NCBI GenBank assembly: GCA_963662315.1
Contig: OY759353.1
Coordinates: forward strand, 2,976,001-3,040,000
Direction of reading: 5' to 3'
Origin: Geopsychrobacteraceae bacterium
Lineage (GTDB): Bacteria; Desulfobacterota; Desulfuromonadia; Desulfuromonadales; Geopsychrobacteraceae
Length of the DNA: 64,000 nt
Shown piece after piece: positions 61,379 through 64,000 of this stretch. A program made the position numbers and the translations under genes. Position 1 is the first letter of the stretch; the number at the start of each line of letters is the position of its first letter. Below the pieces are notes generated by a model. The model was not told the DNA's origin. It saw only the letters and a program-made list of their open reading frames with translations, and searched no databases.

Positions 61379-61768
61379 TCACACTGGCTGAAAGCCGTCA
61401 ACCGCGCATTCAACCACCGTCCGTAATTCTTCATTATCTTCCTGGTTGTGAGGCTTTAACGCGTGATAGAAGATACCGTCTTCCCGGATGCGCTTTAGAG
61501 TGGCCAGTGAACTGTCATCCGAAATCAGGATAATCTTCAGGTTTCTGTTACATTTGCGCATCAACCCAATGACATCGATGGAAGAAATCTTCTCCTCAAA
61601 GGAGTCGCCAAGAATTACAATCGGTTCCTGTTTTTGCACAATCTTTGCGATGGCATAAGCTGCCGATCCAGTTGCATCCACCTCAAAGTGTGAATGTTTA
61701 AAAAAGTCCGCCAACTCTTTGCGGGCCTTGACATCACGATCCGCTATTAGAATTTTTCGCGCTTTCAT
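61379..61768 (-). CDS. Single-domain receiver-like protein (atypical phospho-site)
   Basis: KILIADRD, IVILGD, IILISD, GIFYHALKP. Confidence 0.82.
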   Translation of the reverse strand: MKARKILIADRDVKARKELADFFKHSHFEVDATGSAAYAIAKIVQKQEPIVILGDSFEEKISSIDVIGLMRKCNRNLKIILISDDSSLATLKRIREDGIFYHALKPHNQEDNEELRTVVECAVDGFQPV

Positions 61769-61779
61769 CGCTTCCCCCG

Positions 61780-62007
61780 CTACCGGCTATTGGTTTTTTC
61801 CTCCAGTCCTGGCTTGACCATGTTTTTTAGCAGACTGCTGCAGTGCAATAGTGCTGGCATGGCCTGAAATCCCAGGATAAAGCCGAAAAACAGAATGAAC
61901 ATTTTTGTTAATGGACTCACCGCGACCCCCCATCCATGACTCAGCGTCGCAAGAGTAACAGCAAGGGCAATACAGATAATGAGTGCATAGATGAGTTTTG
62001 CCTTCAT
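61780..62007 (-). CDS. Small membrane protein, first gene of the cbc operon
   Basis: GAGGAG RBS before ATG 62007; two hydrophobic segments (FILFFGFILGFQAMP). Confidence 0.7.
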   Translation of the reverse strand: MKAKLIYALIICIALAVTLATLSHGWGVAVSPLTKMFILFFGFILGFQAMPALLHCSSLLKNMVKPGLEEKTNSR

Positions 62008-62047
62008 AACAATTGTCTCCTCTTGTTTGCGAACTGATCTTCTATAA

Positions 62048-62063
62048 AGCAACCCACATACCA
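62048..62063 (-). promoter_or_regulatory. sigma54 promoter for the cbc-like operon
   Basis: Minus strand TGGTATGTGGGTTGCT (GG-N10-GC). Confidence 0.75.
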
Positions 62064-62225
62064 AATTGTTTAATTTTTTATCAAAACTCTTCAAACTACT
62101 GAATTAACCCAATATTCATTTTAGATTATGCTTATATCCTGTCTTTCAATAGGTCCGGTCTTTATCTTTTTTCCTGTTCTTCAGGAATTTTCCTGCCTTG
62201 CAAGAATTTCAACCGTCCTTCCCAG

Positions 62226-63182
62226 CTAAAGTCCTCGCTTGGCTTGGGCTGCTTTAAGGCTTGTCTCTATTCTGATTTTTATCGGGAGATCTTTGCTGAA
62301 CAGTGTCGGTTTATCCCCTGCTACATAAATGGATTGTTCCAGAGTATTGATCAATTCCCTGATATTTCCAGGCCAGTCATACAATTTCAACGCCGTCAGG
62401 TATTCAGGGCTCATTGCTTTTGGTTGCTTCGTATTTTTAATGCATAGCCGGGGAAGGTAGTAGGCCGCGAATTCGGGGATATCTGTGGAGCGATCCTTTA
62501 ACGCCGGCAAAGTAATATAACATTGGCTCAGAAGGTCTTTAAGAGCTGGATTCAAACCGCCTTCAGAGACCAGCATATCAAGATCCACCCGACTGCTGGT
62601 AATCAGGCGACAACTGCGATTCGAGGCGGATCCTGATATTTCCTGCCGCAAGATACTCTGTGCCTTCCTATCGAGATCTTCAAGATTGCTGATATACAGA
62701 GTTCCATGGTCCGCCTGGCGGATATGTCTGTTGATTTCCTCCAAATTTACCAGCAACTGCGCTGGTACCCGGATAAAAGGTTTCCCCTTACGCTTGCCGC
62801 TGTTATGGATATATGTTGCGAGGAAGTTTTTCCCTACGCCCGTCTCCCCATGAACAACAACATTCTCATCTCTATCGGCCATTCGCTGGGCAATATCAGC
62901 AATAGTCCTGATCCTGGCGCAACGACCAATCAGGTGCATCTGCTCCTCTGCTGCTGGCAGCGGATACTTTTTCCAGATGTGCAGGCCCCGGTCATCCACC
63001 GTCCACCCTATCTCTTCGGCTTTCATCCCCGGAATACTGCATCTGATTTCCAGATTTTTTAACCAGTTGATCACGCCATCAAGGTGCTGCTGCTTAATTA
63101 TGAGCTGTTCAAGTAATCCTTCCAGGCTGTTTTTGGTGATATTACTCATGTCAGTCCATATCTCCCTGTGGTTACTGTACAT
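62226..63182 (-). CDS. Degenerate sigma54-activator-type AAA+ protein (no GAFTGA, no HTH)
   Basis: GETGVGKN Walker A, LPALKDRSTDIP, YDWPGNIRELIN; Walker B region reads TLYISNLEDL. Confidence 0.82.
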   Translation of the reverse strand: MYSNHREIWTDMSNITKNSLEGLLEQLIIKQQHLDGVINWLKNLEIRCSIPGMKAEEIGWTVDDRGLHIWKKYPLPAAEEQMHLIGRCARIRTIADIAQRMADRDENVVVHGETGVGKNFLATYIHNSGKRKGKPFIRVPAQLLVNLEEINRHIRQADHGTLYISNLEDLDRKAQSILRQEISGSASNRSCRLITSSRVDLDMLVSEGGLNPALKDLLSQCYITLPALKDRSTDIPEFAAYYLPRLCIKNTKQPKAMSPEYLTALKLYDWPGNIRELINTLEQSIYVAGDKPTLFSKDLPIKIRIETSLKAAQAKRGL

Positions 63183-63202
63183 TGTTATCTCACCCTGGAA
63201 TT

Positions 63203-63218
63203 AGCATGTGCTATGCCA
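63203..63218 (-). promoter_or_regulatory. sigma54 promoter upstream of the degenerate activator gene
   Basis: Minus strand TGGCATAGCACATGCT (GG-N10-GC). Confidence 0.7.
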
Positions 63219-63317
63219 ATCATTGCCATAGTAAATTCAGCTACTTAGAAACTAGTATTTAGCAGAAAAAATGATAAATCCTGTTTTTTACTGTGGAACA
63301 GGAATGTGAAGGAAGGG

Positions 63318-64000
63318 TCAGTGTGTCTTGCGGGAAATCTGGTATTTTTTTAACAACGCGTACAGACGCGACTGCGACAACCCAGAAATCTTGCATGCCT
63401 GGCTGATATTGTTACGCGTCACATCCAGCAGCTGCATTAGGTACAGCTGTTCTGCCTGGGCAACAGCCATGTCGCGAAAATCCTGCAGGGGGGGTAAATC
63501 TCCACCATCTGCTGGAATAGCAAAATGTACTGGACTGCTGGCATTCTGTTGTTCCAGCTGACTGCGCCGCACCTGGGCGCGGATATGATTCGGCAGATGC
63601 TTTGGGTACAAAGTCGTATCCTGACTGGCCATGGCAATAATCCGCTCAAGGGTATTGACCAACTCCCTGATATTTCCAGGCCAGGGGTAAAGACTTAACA
63701 CCTCTAGAAAATCTGGGGAAAAATCCTTTTTTGCCAACTTATACCTGTCACAAAAATGATCAACATAGTGCCTGGTGAGGGCAATGATATCATCTTTGCG
63801 TTCGCGTAAAGGTGGCAGTTCAATTACGATCGATTTAATCCGGTAGAGAAGATCACTGCGAAATAGCTCATCCTGTACCATAGCATCGAGATCACGATTG
63901 GTCGCGGCAATCAGCCGAAACTCACTGCTATATTCACGGTGACTTCCTAATGGCCTGAAACGATGCTCCTGCAGAACCCGTAAAAATGCCTTTTGTAACG
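63318..64000 (-). CDS. sigma54-dependent Fis-family activator (3' part; begins beyond the window), BccR-like position
   Basis: Reads open to the window end: LQKAFLRVLQE...IAATNRDL...FRSDLLYR...PPLRERKDDI...WPGNIREL; C-terminal HTH NISQACKISGLSQSRLYALLKKY. Confidence 0.92.
   Translation of the reverse strand, partial: LQKAFLRVLQEHRFRPLGSHREYSSEFRLIAATNRDLDAMVQDELFRSDLLYRIKSIVIELPPLRERKDDIIALTRHYVDHFCDRYKLAKKDFSPDFLEVLSLYPWPGNIRELVNTLERIIAMASQDTTLYPKHLPNHIRAQVRRSQLEQQNASSPVHFAIPADGGDLPPLQDFRDMAVAQAEQLYLMQLLDVTRNNISQACKISGLSQSRLYALLKKYQISRKTH

Noticed and set aside
1..64000. CRISPR arrays, tRNA/rRNA genes, prophage or integrase genes, selenoprotein read-through
   Set aside because: None seen by eye; a tRNAscan-SE/Infernal/CRISPR scan would be needed to exclude them formally.

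Overview
Chromosomal window from a deltaproteobacterium. Gene content (cbcBA-like quinol oxidoreductase locus, Dif-like chemosensory cluster, CarD-ispD-ispF-glnS-cysS order, sigma54 promoters) points to the Desulfuromonadales; this assignment is an inference. Most of the window is housekeeping backbone: cysS, glnS, ispDF, carD, znuABC/zur, prc, truC, iorAB plus a LIV-type ABC transporter, a polar amino-acid ABC transporter, msrA, apbE, rimO, yajQ, lolA, che genes, thiL and pckA. The standout is a visibly AT-rich island of about 10 kb (~9.3-19.2 kb) that looks like a complete DMSP-cleavage/acrylate-respiration module. It encodes a DmdR-like FadR regulator, a PAS-PAS-LuxR regulator, a signal-less flavocytochrome-c flavin-subunit paralogue, a Tat-exported (meth)acrylate-reductase-like flavoprotein, a tetraheme cytochrome c, a dedicated tatA and the periplasmic DMSP lyase dddY. 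The tatA is missing from the ORF track because a 1520-bp IS5-family element splits it (6-bp target duplication TACTTA, frameshifted transposase). Other oddities: an in-frame LivF ATPase::phenylacetate-CoA-ligase fusion, a sigma54-driven pseudo-enhancer-binding protein lacking GAFTGA, Walker B and HTH, an EF-hand loop in a heptaheme cytochrome, and an ApbE-NusG_II-Gx trio. All family assignments come from motif recognition by eye and from memory; no searches were run.
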